Part shown: piece after piece, positions 15,094-28,293 of the stretch | Layout: each line of letters opens with the position of its first letter | Position numbering within the stretch: the first letter of the stretch is position 1 | NCBI GenBank assembly: GCA_003971905.1 | Contig: RSEE01000093.1 | Coordinates: forward strand, 124,001-188,000 | Origin: Moniliella sp. 'wahieum' | Lineage: Eukaryota | Direction: 5' to 3' | Length of the DNA: 64,000 nt | Position numbers and translations under genes: made by a program | Notes under the pieces: model-generated | Seen by the model: only the letters and a program-made list of their open reading frames with translations | Told to the model about the DNA's origin: nothing | Databases searched by the model: none

Positions 15094-15796
15094 ATGCCCA
15101 CCGGCGAAGCCCCCCCAACCTCCTCCGCACCCTCATGAACCAGGTAGCCGACTTGGATCTCGACATCATCCCTTCCGAGGATGGATCCAAGGTGGCCGAC
15201 CTTCTGGTCCCTGGGCTGGAGATGTCCAAGATCTTTGCCATTGTGCGCCGATCGCATTTATGAGTGACGCGAAGCTGGTACTGACCCCGCTCCTCTGTGT
15301 GATTTTTGTGCATTTCAGATTGAATTTGGCTTCCGCACCAAAGGACATCGGGCATTCTCGATGGTATCGAAATGCTTAGCAGGGACGAGGCCAAGAAAGC
15401 CATTGTAAGTTTTTCTTCCTCTGCGGGCTTGATTGCGAGTGGTGTGCCTGACTGGGAACCGGTAACCGTTAATGCCGGTATGATTTGCAGTCGTCGACGT
15501 ATGTGTTTGAGATTAAGCCCGCGTCGGGAGGAAAGTTGGTGCGGTACTGGGTTGACATGCGCAAGACGGGAGCGATGGTTCGCCTGAAGGATGATGAGAA
15601 GCCTCCTGCCCGGCCGGATCTGTTGCTGCGGATCGCAGACCGAGACATGGTTGGACTGGCCACTGGCTCCCAGACGCCCCAGCGTGCATTTTTGGCGGGC
15701 AAGATCAAGGCGAAAGGAAACATTATCATTGGCCTCCGCCTGACCTCCGTCTTATCCCGCGAGCTCAACAAGCTGACTCTCCAAAGCAAATTGTAG
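15094..15796 (+). CDS. SCP2 sterol/lipid-binding domain protein with peroxisomal PTS1
   Basis: Introns ~15243-15318 and ~15405-15490. YWVDMRK..PDLLLRIADRDMVGLATGSQTPQRAFLAGKIKAKGN is an SCP2 signature. Ends SKL*. Confidence 0.88.
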
Positions 15797-16366
15797 CCGA
15801 AGCGGCTTCCTAAGTACGGTCTGCTCCCACCCCCAATGATGAAAGTATCGTTTCCTTTACTATAATTAAACGAAAGTTGCCTGGCTATTAATAGTAGGAT
15901 GGAGGAGGTGAGAGTTCAAGCTACGAGGCCACTATTGCGGACATATCATGTACAGTGCTTCAGCTGCTTATGTGCTGGGCCAACAAGGAGGTGCTGCGCC
16001 TAATCGACCTGCTCATCGACCGGCATGTGTTGCTTGTTAGTGCAGCCACACGACCAACAACCTACAGCACATCGCCTGTTGCTTGGTCCCATGCGTATCA
16101 CATGTCACAGCTGTTGAAAGGAAAGCGCCGAAGCTAAACGGAAAGTTTCATTGTTCCCTGGTGATTTAGTAATGCTAGCTTGTTGCGCTTTAAAAAAACT
16201 AAAAAAAAAAAAAACTCGGCTGACGTAACGGATCGATCTAGCTCAGCCTACTTCTCCCCACCGTCACCACGTGAACGTTCAATTGAACGTTGACTCATTT
16301 AACCGCCACCAACACCGCCACCGCCACCGCCACCGCCACAACAGCAACAGCGTTGCGTTACTCACC

Positions 16367-16970
16367 ATGCCGGCTACCTCCATTGGAAGTCTGGTATCTT
16401 TCGATTACATCTGAGGAGACAACCCCCTTGTCTTCACCTGATTTTGCATCGCCCAGAACCGTGCCGTTCTTGCAGATGACGGTGGTCCTTCCTGTCCTGC
16501 TTGACCGCCCGTGCTGCTCGCCCGCCTATACTCGGGACCCGTGCGGACCCACTGGCGGAGCTTGAACTTGCTTTGGCCGTGCGGGCCCCCGCCGCCACCG
16601 ATGTTAGCGTTGCGGACGATGATGTGCTGCGCCTTCTTGCCTCGCTATCTCACGCCGAGGCATTGCTGCCCCCCAACAGCTCTGCTCGGCGAGCCCTGGA
16701 GCACGTAGGACCCCGCCGCCCGTGTCCGCCTTGCTGCCGATTATTTTCTTCGAGCGTCGTTGGACTCATCCGGTATGGCCAATGCCGTAATTAGCGACCA
16801 CCCAACGAACAATGGTTCTTGGATACTTCACCCCCTCCATGCCCAAGACTTCTTTGATTGGCCGAAACACGTCCAACCCGATTTTCTTTTACGTTGTCGT
16901 TCACACCCGCGTTTGATACTTGATGTTGATTCTTCCTCAAGATGGACCTAGCTGGCTTGCTTCTTCGGAG
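16367..16970 (+). CDS. Possible small hypothetical protein, perhaps with an N-terminal F-box-like motif
   Basis: ATG in CACCATG context. LPPLEVWYL..(FDYI in the adjacent frame) followed by a helical-looking frame ADPLAELELALAV..DDDVLRLLASL. Heavily frameshifted. Confidence 0.3.
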
Positions 16971-17284
16971 TGACCAAAGTCCTCATCTTCCTTGTCTTTA
17001 TTTTTCTCGACAACGCTCCTACATTTTCTGTTTGCGCTTCCTTCCAGAATCTGGAACAACATCGGTGACACCACGTCACCATACCCATACCAGTCTCTCC
17101 TCTACCATTGTCTTCCCTTTGTATTATATGGGATGCCCGCGTTATTGAGTTGATCAATCGATCATCACATAGCTATCGTTATTAGCCAACAATTGGTTTT
17201 GTAGCATCCGCACCGCGTCGGAGATATTGTATCGATTCAAGTAAATGTTTAGAAAGGAGAGGTGGCGGTGGGCGTGAACGTCGA

Positions 17285-18121
17285 TCAGAATCAAAGCTGC
17301 GGTCGAGGTCCGAAAGAATAAGAGCCCGCATACCTGGCGGCATCAACGGCGGGTTTTGTCCCCTGGTCACCTGGACCCGAACGTTTTCCTCTTTCGCGAT
17401 TGTAGAGGCGGGGCGGGGATCGACCATATACCGGAACGGCATCGATACTGCTGCTCCCCCGTAAACTTGAGTTCAGGGTGGTTCACCCACTCCATCTGAC
17501 CATGGCCACGAGTATCGGGCGGGACAGTGGGGGCTCCATCGACGCCTAGATGCACCCCATCTTCCACAACCTTCTTGGTCACGCCTAAGGCAGTATCGGT
17601 GGTCATCTGCACGCTCCCAAGGTGCCGTCCGCCATAGCCGTGCTGACGCAGCGCTGCCGTCCGATCACGAGGAGGATCATCACCGAGAATACCACCAAAA
17701 AGAAGATGAAAAAGGGCCATCACGCGGAACCGCGTCGGAGCCGGGTACCGGAGCCGGGAAGAGAGCAGCGTCGCCCACATCGAGCGGCAACGGCGCACGG
17801 GGATCAAGCAAGCAGACATCCGCCTTGGTTACCCCCCAAGCCGACAAGAGTATCGAATGGCTCGGGGTGAAGACATGGAGTAGCTGAGTCCTCCACAGGA
17901 CCAAAGCCAGGCTCAGGTCGCTGGAGAGCCTGCTCAAGGTCGGCAATGGAGTTTTTGGACAGGTTGGTAAAGTGGACTTGGGTCCCGCGCCCGGCCAACT
18001 TGAGCATGTTGCGATATTCCAGCAGCGCCCAGCGGGGGAACTTGCTCGGCGCATCCGGATCGTCTTCCTCCATGTGTTCGATCACATAGTGGGGACGCGT
18101 CCCTCGTACAAACTTGGACAT
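17285..18121 (-). CDS. SFM1: SPOUT-family protein arginine methyltransferase Sfm1
   Basis: YVIEHMEE..WALLEY; VCLLDP; LFGGILGDDPPRDRT; RHLGSVQMTTDTA; HPELKF; MPFRY; PLMPPGM. Confidence 0.92.
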
Positions 18122-18387
18122 GGGTGCGATGCTGGTTGAAGAAAAAACTGCCTTTGCCCTGTGTAGCTCGAGGGTTGCCTCCGTACGGGCTACCGACAGT
18201 CCATGATCGGTGAGCGATCAGTGACATTCCCCTCTATGAGGCTGTTAAATTTTGACTTGGGCTAGATATGGGACAGTGCAAACTCCGCCGGACACCTGTT
18301 CCGCCCCTATTTTAGCCAAAAACCACCAGTCCTACTTTTTTTATGGTCTCCCCCTCCTCGCCGCCTCAAATCCCCACCAATTCCACC

Positions 18388-18742
18388 ATGGCACAGGGTT
18401 TCAAGCCGCCCAAGAAGCACCGCACCTCAAACAAGAGCAAAGCCAAGGGTAACTCTTCAAAGGGGCCCAAGCGTGGAGGTTAGTCTGCTCGCCCATCCTC
18501 CTTGCCTGTGCTCTTCTCTGACTGTCGGTCTTTTTTTCAGCCAAGTTCATTGCTCCCAAGAAAAAGGGCGCGATCACCGAGGCCCAGATGAAGAAAAGGC
18601 AAACGGCGTCCATCATGAGCAAAGTCGAAGCTGATTTGGCTGGGCGGGCCGGGATGGCGGTCCTCTCACCATTATGAAGAAGATCGCCGACCAGGCCGTT
18701 GCAGCTGACAAGGCAGCAAAAGAGAAGAACAAGAGCAAGTGA
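18388..18742 (+). CDS. Small basic protein, UPF0390/DUF2462 family
   Basis: MAQGFK...KGPKRG, intron 18479-18540, KFIAPKK...SIMSKVEADLAGRAG..PLTIMK; lysine-rich, ~95 aa. Confidence 0.8.
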
Positions 18743-18794
18743 TTGTTATCACTTTGCTGTGTGTTTTATGAATCGCTTTTTTTGACTGCGCCTC

Positions 18795-19608
18795 ATGACA
18801 GTCATACCCATCTATTGCATGTATTCCCTTCTTTCTTTACCATGCATTGCAGAGACGGCGGTCAAATATGGTCTTCCTGTGGGTAGCTTGCCGGGTACGA
18901 ATACCTACGAGTCTGGTCAAATCGCTGTGGATGGCCAAGAAACCGGGAGCCACAAAGTTCCTTCCCTCAATGCACTCCCCAACATGCACTCCTCTTGCCT
19001 CGAGCAATGCATTGCTCCCATCAGGGGCGTGCGCACTGACAATCCTATCCTGGGCGACGAGAAGACACTGACGGTTGTTGCGCGCCCGCTTTGAGCTGGG
19101 CCAAAATCGCACGAAGCCAATACCACATCGCTGAGGCATCGGATGGTCGTTGGGGGAAGACATTAATACGGGAATGGCCGGCGTAATCGAGGAGATTCGG
19201 CTGCCTTAGGCGTACGAGATGCTGGCCATGACCGAGGGCGAATTTTCGGTTGTTCAAGCGGAAATGATATCATGATGAGGTCGCCCTCGCGGCACGTGTT
19301 TCGTATGCGGCTTCAATCCTAACGCACCCGAGATCAGTGAATGGCCTTAGGTGTACGATTGGGAAATACAAACCGCGTACGATGCGGATGCTGAAATGGA
19401 CGTTGACAGAGGCGGATGGAGGGGCGGAGGCGGGGACAGAGGCCCGAGACGAAGGTAGAGCCAGAAGAACCAATCTTTTTGGCCTGTCCAATACAGACGA
19501 CCGATATGAAGCCGAACAGTAAGATGACGATGAAGTCGTTAAAGATGGGTTCGATGAACGTGGGGAGGATGCGCCCAGGTCTCAAGCTCCATGGGTGGCT
19601 ACCCTTTA
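18795..19608 (+). CDS. Possible hypothetical protein with acidic C-terminus
   Basis: ATG with a possible short intron (gtatt..tgcag) and fragmented frames ending in acidic stretches (..YDADAEMDVD.., ..DDEVVKDGFDERGEDAP..ATL*). No family recognised. Confidence 0.3.
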
Positions 19609-19689
19609 GTTGCACTGTTCATCTTTGTATCTGGTGCATCCGAATCTGGTGCACATGTGCATACTAGGCTTTGGGGGGGCGTATTAACA

Positions 19690-20804
19690 TTAACACAACG
19701 GTTTGGTTGCATAGACAAGACCACCCCGGACCGTGCCTTCTGATCCCCCTGAGCCCACGAATCGACAACCTCGCCAAACATACGTAACGGCACCAGTTCC
19801 CATACTCGTCCTCCCCCCAAAACTTCTCAGTCCCACGCCCGAGAGAGACGAGAAAGTGGCTGAAGCCAGGAAATACATGGTCTGACACATCGGCCATGGT
19901 CACCTCAAACCCAATTTGCTGTAGCTCAGAGGCGTACACGCCAAACGTGAGCAAGTTACGTTTGGGCACCTCGGTGAGATGAAGTGTCAATGCATGCTTG
20001 ATCCTTCGAACCAGAGAGGGGGGCGCGGATTCAGGAAGTGAACAAGGAGTAAAATGGGCGGTTCCTGGGCTGGGATACGGGTAGGCGGAAAAGAGGTCAA
20101 AGAGGGAGTTTACCTCCCGGAGCCAAGCGGTCCCAAGCCGCTTGAAAGAAGCGGCGGCGAGAGGGGAAGTGGTACGCAGAATCGATTGCAACGATCACGT
20201 CATACTCGCTTTGGCCTTGGTGAGGGGAAGCAAGCCAGGCGAGGGCATCAGCGCAAAAGACTTGAGCCTGCCCACCAGCGCGCTGCTGGGCGCGCTGGGC
20301 CTGGGCAGGGAGAGAGGTGACGCCGTGGAGGATGCTGGGGTGGAGCAGTTTGGAGATCAACAGCAGACTGTCTCCATTTCCGTGTCCTACATCGAGGACT
20401 CGGGCAGGCCGAGCGTGAGGGGGAAGGATCGTATCCAGGCCCGCTACACTCTGAGCGTCCAGATCGAGACCCGCCAACACACGTCGAGCCAATTGATCGG
20501 CAGCATCGGGGAACTGACAGTCGCTAGCCTTTTTCGCTGAGGCACACGCCCCTGTTCCAGCGGTCCACCAGCCCATGTTGACCCACTCGCTCTCTGGACG
20601 ACGGGTGTTGAGCAGCAGGCTGGAAAACGCGTGGTATGCTTCGCGCGGTGGATCAGGCACCCGTCCCCGGCCTGGCCCTGGAGATCGCCGGGCGATGAGC
20701 AGACCCAGCACCAGGCCCACGGCCACAGCGATTGCCCAAGGCAAGAGGTGACGTGTGGCGAGTGGAAGCTGTGCGGCTATTTCGGCAAAGGCCTGACACG
20801 GCAT
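19690..20804 (-). CDS. Class I SAM-dependent methyltransferase with N-terminal membrane anchor
   Basis: TM segment LLPWAIAVAVGLVLGLLI; WVNMGWW; motif I VLDVGHGNGDS; YDVIVAIDSAYHF; LAPGG; DVSDHVFPGF. Confidence 0.88.
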
Positions 20805-21129
20805 GGCGGTGGGATGGCGTAGAGGCCAGCAGGGTAGCGCAACGGGTCGTCTGCGAACCCGCTCCGCACGCCCAAAGGCGGGTCGTTGATTAGCACCACG
20901 ACTAGTCTTCGCAGCCAGAGCGCCGCTCGGCAGTCACGTGACATGTGGTGCTCTAACTTGAACCCCCCCTGCTTGCACCCTCCCCCAGCACCAATTTGGA
21001 GTGCCATTATCGCCTGGGATACAGCAATCCAGTGGACGGGTCGTCCTGTGGACACAATAGCCATGGCCTGCATGGTACTATGGAGAGTATAAAACACAGG
21101 ATGGAGAAGGAGAGGGGCCCTAATCCTCT

Positions 21130-21540
21130 GGATTTTTGGCTAATATCGTGGTGAAAAAGCCAGGTCAGGCCAATGGGAAACCACGCACGAAACTCACGCC
21201 GAGAGTTGTCTTTTGACTAAGAAAGTCATGCTAAGTTGGGTTATACGGATAACGAGCCTCCATCTGAACCAATCATGGAAAACTCGGTCATGCGTCTACA
21301 CTTATATCCTAGTACTAGAAGACCACCGGGCCTACGGCCCGGTCAGCTGGGGCTTCGCCCCCAGCTGTGCTGCGGCCACCTTAGCCACCGTTCCACCGTG
21401 TTCCACGCTGGAGAGCGGAATGGTATTCCCCACTCCGCCTTGGGCGGAATTTTATCACCCATGTGCATCCGCCTGGCTGCGCCCGCCTGGAACGGCCGAG
21501 TGGAACGTGCCAGGTGGCATGCTTGTGTAAATTACGTAAA
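21130..21540. ncRNA. Candidate structured non-coding RNA or hairpin-rich element (identity unknown)
   Basis: Consecutive GC-rich stems at 21325-21343, 21344-21367, 21387-21424, 21434-21448 and ~21466-21521. TATAAAA at ~21088. No credible ORF. Confidence 0.4.
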
Positions 21541-21560
21541 GTAAAAAGGGGGTCTCCGAT

Positions 21561-21665
21561 ATAAAAGGGGAGTGGCGCCCCTAAGTAACCCCCGCAAGAT
21601 GAACGGTTAGGTTTAGACGTAGCGTTCCCCCTGTCCCAGCCTTCTTAAGTCTGCCAATGAAATGG
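21561..21665 (+). repeat. Dispersed diverged repeat, copy A (inverted homologue at 38443-38540)
   Basis: GATGAACGGttaGGTTTAGacgtAGCGTTccccctGTCCCAGCCTTctTAAGTCTGcCAA..AATGG aligns by eye to the reverse complement of copy B. Confidence 0.7.
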
Positions 21666-21845
21666 ACGTTCTCTTTAAAGGGGAGATATGCGTGCCATAT
21701 AGCCCAGTTGCCCGAGGCCCCCGGTGCCTCGACAGTACGATGTGGATGCGAGCTGAAATTGAAACATGCGAAAACAGAGGTGGCTATCGACGGCTGGTCT
21801 GCCCTCGGGTTCTCTCTCGTAGCGGCCGTGATGTGGCGGAATGGC

Positions 21846-24800
21846 ATGGCAGAGGCGGAATTGAGAAGTAGGCCCTGCTGGCGGCGATGCGGCCAACACC
21901 ATGAACGAGTCCAGGGCCCAACGACTACGACGACCTGCCTAGCATGGCTTCCGTACTCGACGGCTCCGCCATCCCCCCGAGGACAGCCATGCAGACACAC
22001 TGCGCATTGAGATGCTTGGCGCTGGCCAAGAGGTCGGCCGCAGCTGTTGCGTCTTGACCTACAAAGGTACGCAGCCCCCATCCGTCTCCTCGCTGTCCTC
22101 CGCTTCCAGCCGAGTATACTGACCTCGTCTTCTGTCCCTTCAGGACGGACGATCGTGTGTGATGCCGGCGTGCACCCTGCCTATACCGGTCTTTCTGCCT
22201 TGCCTTTCGTCGACGAGCTTGATTGGAGTACCGTGGACGCCCTCCTCATCACCCAGTACGTTTGCGATCGTGGCTCTTTCGTGGGCCGCACCACAGGCCC
22301 AAGCTGACCCTGTCTCCTGTCTCCCAGTTTCCATCTGGACCATGCTGCTGCCCTTACATACATTATGGAAAAGACCAACTTTAAGGATGGCCAGGTAAAG
22401 TGTACATGACCCATCCCACCAAGGAGGTGTACCGCTTCCTCATGAGCGACTTTCCGTATCTCCAATGCCGGGTCGGATGACCAGCTATACGACGAACATG
22501 AAATGCTCTCGTCCTGGCGGCAAATCGAGGCGGTGGACTACCACCAAGAGGTAAATGTGACGGGTGGTATTCGCTTTACACCGTACCATGCTGGTCATGT
22601 GCTGGGCGCATGTATGTTCCTCATCGAGATGGGCGTCTCAAGATTCTCTACACGGGCGACTATAGTCGCGAGGAGGACAGACACCTGGTTCAAGGTGAGG
22701 TACCTCCAGTCAAACCTGATGTTCTTATCTGCGAATCGACGTATGGTACACGCAGTCACGGCCCACGGCTGGAAAAAGAGCAGCAGTTTACCAACATGAT
22801 TCACAAGGTGCTTTTGCGGGGTGGGCGGGTTCTCCTTCCTGTTTTTGTCTTGGGGCGGGCCCAAGAATTGTTGCTACTTTTGGATGAGTATTGGGCCAAG
22901 CACCCCGAGCTGCATTCGATCCCAATCTATTATGCGTCGGCGCTCGCTCAAAAGTGCATTCGAGTATATCAGCGGTACGTCAATGCGATGAACGACAACA
23001 TTCGCAACCGCGTAAAACGACGCGACAACCCATTCGTCTTCAAGCACATTAGCAATCTAAAGAATCTGGACCGATTTGAGGACCGTGGTCCCTGCGTAAT
23101 GATGGCATCACCTGGTATGATGCAAAATGGTGTATCGCGGGAATTGTTGGAGCGGTGGGCGCCCGACCGCAAAAACGCGATCATCATTACTGGCTACTCT
23201 GTTGAGGGCACTCTTGCTCGTTCTATCATGGATGAACCTGAGGAGATTACGGGGATGAATGGACAGAGGATCCCGCGGCGCTTGGCAGTCGAGTCCATGT
23301 CTTTCTCGGCCATGTGATTATGGCCAGAACAGCCAATTCATTGACGAGGTGCGGCCTGATCATGTGGTCCTTGTTCACGGCGAAGCCAATACGATGAGTC
23401 GGTTGCGAGCTATGCTCCAGGCTCGATACAAGAACCGCGGAGAGGACGTTAAAGTTCACACCCGCGCAATTGTGAACCTCTCTTTCTCACCTTCCGTGGC
23501 GACCGGCAAGCCAAGATCATTGGTTCCTTAGCCCGAAATGAGCCTACCCCGGGGGCAAACGTGGACAAGCTTATTGTCTCCAAGGACTTTGTTTATACCA
23601 TCTTGGATCCAAGCGACCTGCATGACTTTACAGGGTTGAACGTATCGACGATTCTACAGCGTCAAAGGATCGCATTGCACGTGGGATGGGAGATGGTCCG
23701 GTGGCACATTGAGGGTATGTTTGGCCGGGTGGTTGAGGGGGAGGACCTTGAAGGATTCAAGACGCTGCGGGTGATGATGCTGTGGATGTAAAGCAAACAG
23801 GTCCACACGAGTTGGTTCTCGAGTGGGTATCGTCCTTGCCTTCTGACATGGTTGCCGACGCGACCATTGCTCTCTTGTTGGGGTATCCTCGTCTCGCGCG
23901 GCTGTCAAGTTGACTACCAAACCCCATCAACATGGCCATGATCACGAAGAGGATACTAAGGATGAATCCCAAGTAGCTGCGCCAATCTCACCCGAAGAGC
24001 AGACTACGATCCAAGACGAAACCGAGCAAAGACTGGCAGCAACTCCTCATCCATTTAGCGCAGTGGCTCAAGAAAAGCCGGCTCTTGCCATGAAGAGTGA
24101 GACTACAGATGAGGAGGTTGGCTTCGCACATGCTCATCATATGCTCACAAGGACCGAGACGATCGTTGCGATTCTTGAGGGTCATTTGGGCGAAGTGACT
24201 GAGATCACTGTAGGTTCGGGCGTTCTTCCTGGTTGAGCAGGTTCCGAACGAATTTGCCTCGGTTCCTCGGCCCACATCTGTCCCCACGTCTGGTGTTAAG
24301 ACGGAGGAGGAGGCGGATGTTGAGATGACCGAATCTTCTCAGGCCGATCCCAAAGCGACATCTGAATCGGCACCGGCATCTGAACCCGAGCACCCTCGTA
24401 TCACTGCTGCACGGCCTATTGATGCGCTCCAGGGCCCCTCCCGCCTTGCCCTACTCGTTTGGCTCGACGATGCGTGCGCGGCCATTGATGTGGAGCAATT
24501 GGTGATTACGTCGGCTTCGAGCGCGTTGCGTACGCGCGTGCACCGTTGCATTGTCCTTGCCTTACAGGCTCTTACCCCGCTCGCTGACACATTCACCGTG
24601 GACACCCCACTCAACACCAACCTGTTCGCGCCCGCCCCCTAAGAATGCTCCGACAGACGCAGACATGGAAGCGGCGAGCGCTGCGGTTGACGACACGATC
24701 GATGCAGACCCTGAGCAATCGGTCAAGCCGCTCGCGAAGCTGGGAGCGGATGAGCGCAAGTCCTTAACGCCTGGAGATTCAGCGGACAAGTCGATGATCT

Positions 24801-24924
24801 TGATACCGGTACCAACGCCAATTTAGAGGCCAAGCCGTCTTCGTCCGGTTCGAGTTTGACACCCCTATCATCGCACATTGACGAGCCCATGGTGGATGCT
24901 ACTGCTACGACGGGTAGTAACTAA
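21846..24924 (+). CDS. YSH1: Pre-mRNA 3'-end processing endonuclease Ysh1/CPSF73 (metallo-beta-lactamase/beta-CASP)
   Basis: [11 protein letters not shown]; introns ~22067-22143 and ~22256-22327; [52 protein letters not shown]. Start and end approximate. Confidence 0.96.
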
Positions 24925-25656
24925 CAGGCATCCCCTTCTGGCCCAGGGAGAGGCAACAGGGCTTTGTACCAAAAGACAACATATAAGGCCGATTTGAAGT
25001 GTATGGCATTTTGCGGGGCACAAATGTGTCGGGTCTGCTTAAAGGGTCTTTCGCCTGGGGTGCAATGAGGATAGGGTACTGTGAAGATGGGCAACGTGCT
25101 TGGGGGTGGCAGGGTGCGATGTATATAACCAGTCTGAGGCGCGCTAGGCCATGTTGGACCTGTGGTCAGGCGCTGGCTACGACGCGTAAACGTTTCACGT
25201 GGGATGCCGTAACGCGTCAACGTTGAACGTTGAACGTTTTCGCTGGGAATAGGAGGCACGTGGCAAGTGTGCCACGTTGAACGTTGATGATGCCGGCCCC
25301 GCTCTTGGTGCCCCCCTGTCCCTGAAACGCAGGGCGGTCGTATGGCGTCGCCTCGCCACCATCTCCGTCCCGCATCCCATCCCAGTCTCCACGCAACACG
25401 TGAGTTCATGTTCTTCATCCACAGCTCACTGAAGAATCTGCACGTTCCGCGTTACATCTTCATTACGCCCTGAGCGTCCGCGCACAGGGAACCTCTTCCC
25501 TCTAGCAGAAATTGGCGCTGTTCACATCCACTCACGCACCCTGCTGTGCAAGCGACAGTGGCATGCCCAATCCCTCGTGACAATGCACACGCCCCCTCTG
25601 CATGCGCCTCTTACTAACCTTCTTCCCCCCCTCTTCCCAGTCGACTCCCGCCCTGA

Positions 25657-26117
<461 letters not shown>

Positions 26118-26676
26118 ACTGTGGTGTGCCCAATCGCACTTATTTCGACCTTTGTTCTTATCCCATTTTGGCTTTCTTCCTTTCCTCCTGCATGAATGTA
26201 TTCGGTTTGTCCATTCAATCGGAATTTTACCATCACGGAATCGCACCATGGCCTGCCTTCCCAAGGATGGCGGTCGCTCTCCTCGCGCTGGACGTAGCCT
26301 GCACACGACTGTATTTTCCTTTCCAGCACCCGGGTGGTAGTAATCACCGTCGTCCCCGCTCCCTCACGTGATAGACCCAGTTCGAAGTCCTGGTGACATG
26401 GCGAGCCCAGTGGTAGCCATGCCCACACGACCAGTCTCAGGGGGCCGGAGATTACAGCTTGCGTTCCACAGCTGGCCACACCAACACCCCGCAGCTGCAG
26501 TCATTAATCAAGCTTCAAACTCCAGAGCGTGCAACGTGGCACTATCGGGACACATTACGTAACATGGAGTCCAACCAACACACCTTCGTCGCGTGTGGCG
26601 CAACCGCCCCCGCGGGTTGCTTCGCCTCACCATCCATCCGCGCTTCTGGCCATTCCGCGTGGGGACACGACCCAAC

Positions 26677-28293
26677 ATGTCGCCATCGCTGTGGTATTAC
26701 ATTTTCCCCTGGGGATCCCTGCTGCGCATGCTCGGCATATCGACTGGTTCGGACGGCGACTATGAGCAGGTCCTCCAGTCGCTGACCGAAAAAATCGAAC
26801 AGGTGAAGAGCCGCGTAACCCAGGTCCGCCAACGCGAGCGCCGTGCCGTGTTACCATCCCTCTCTTGCCATGTCTTCAGGGCGTTTACACGTTGTCGCTG
26901 CTGGTTAGGCCGTCTCAATACGGACGACCTTGGCGAAGCCGCCTTATGGCCCTTTTTCCTTATCCTAGGCCAGGGTAGCGCGGTTGGAAGCTCGACTGCA
27001 GCATATTGGCTTCCCACTCTGCTCATTCCTCTTGCCGTTGCATGCTCGCGAAGACCTGTGCAGTGGTGGTACGGGCCGCGTACACGCTGCCGAGGAGAAA
27101 CACCTTGCTGCTTTGATCCGCAAGAGGCGAGGCAAGATTGAAGAGATTAAACGAGTGACCAAATACGACCACTTGCGCCTGCTTCTTGACCGGTACGATG
27201 ATACCCGCACTCCCAAGCCTGACTCTGCAAAGGGTCGCAAACCCAACGCGAAGACGGCCCGGGAGAGCGTTCCCAACGGTCCAACTGGCTCTGCTTCACA
27301 AGTGAAAGCTGGGAAGGCAGAGCATGCCTGCCCTGGGTGCTGCGCCTGCGCCAAACAATTCACTTGCTCCTCCCCTCCCTCTGGCCCCTCCCCAGCATTA
27401 TCAGACTTTGCGTCTTCTTCATCTAATCGTCTCTTCGCTCGGTACGCTCCATCTCGATGCCATGGAGTAGTGGTGGCCCCGCCGCCGTCCTCCTCCCGCA
27501 TCGGGCGCGACGCTTGCTCCGGTGCTGCATCTGCTGGCTCAGAGATGGCCCGTGGCAGGACAGGACAGAATGGCCAGGGTTCGTTGCTGAACCACAGGCT
27601 TCGCAGCCATACCCACCATCTCAGGGCCACAGCCAACGGGCCCACCCCTGTGCCGCAGCGCACGCTGTTGGACAAGTTGGCCGATGCCATTCTCGGACCG
27701 GATCCTTCGCTGCGTGCCCTGGGCCTGAGCAACGCTATGCCTTGATCTGCCGGTCATGCCACCGACACAATGGGTTGGCGTGGAAGGAAGACTGGGAAGA
27801 GATTCGTACGTGCTACCATCTTGTTTGATACGGAACTGACGAACTAACATGGATACTGTTGCAGAGTACATTTGTCCTCATTGTGGCTCTCTCAACTCTA
27901 ACCGTCCTTCGACCGTGCGGTGACTTGGCCCTCGATGCCCCTGACACCGAAAAAATCGCACCGAGCCCTGCCGCCCTCTCCCAGTATCAAGTCAATTCGG
28001 CTGGAAGAGACTGACAAGGAAGAGGGGGCTGTGGATGTTGCCGAACGCAAGCTGGCTGACTCCCCGACCGACGTGCGCACACGCCTAGTTCGAGTCAACG
28101 CACGGCTTCCCCCAGTCCCGGGACAGCCGCGTCCATCACTCCGACAGCCACGTCATCGTCTTTGAAGGAGCCTGCCTCCGACATCCGGCACCGCACCTCC
28201 GCATCCGCACCGGAGCAATCAGACGAGATGGAAACCCATCTACCTCAAGCGCCGAGTGAGCATATGCCACAATTGGCTCGAGAGGCAGAGTAA
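26677..28293 (+). CDS. LNP1: ER junction protein Lunapark
   Basis: DYEQVLQSL coiled coil, two TM segments, KIEEIKRVTKY..LLDRYD, LLDKLADAILG, zinc finger RYALICRSCHRHNGL..(intron ~27806-27864)..YICPHCGSLN. Confidence 0.92.

Noticed and set aside
21270..21610. Firm call as RNase P RNA
   Set aside because: Only a partial CR-I-like match; the P4 partner has a mismatch and CR-II to CR-V are not convincing. Kept only as an unidentified candidate.
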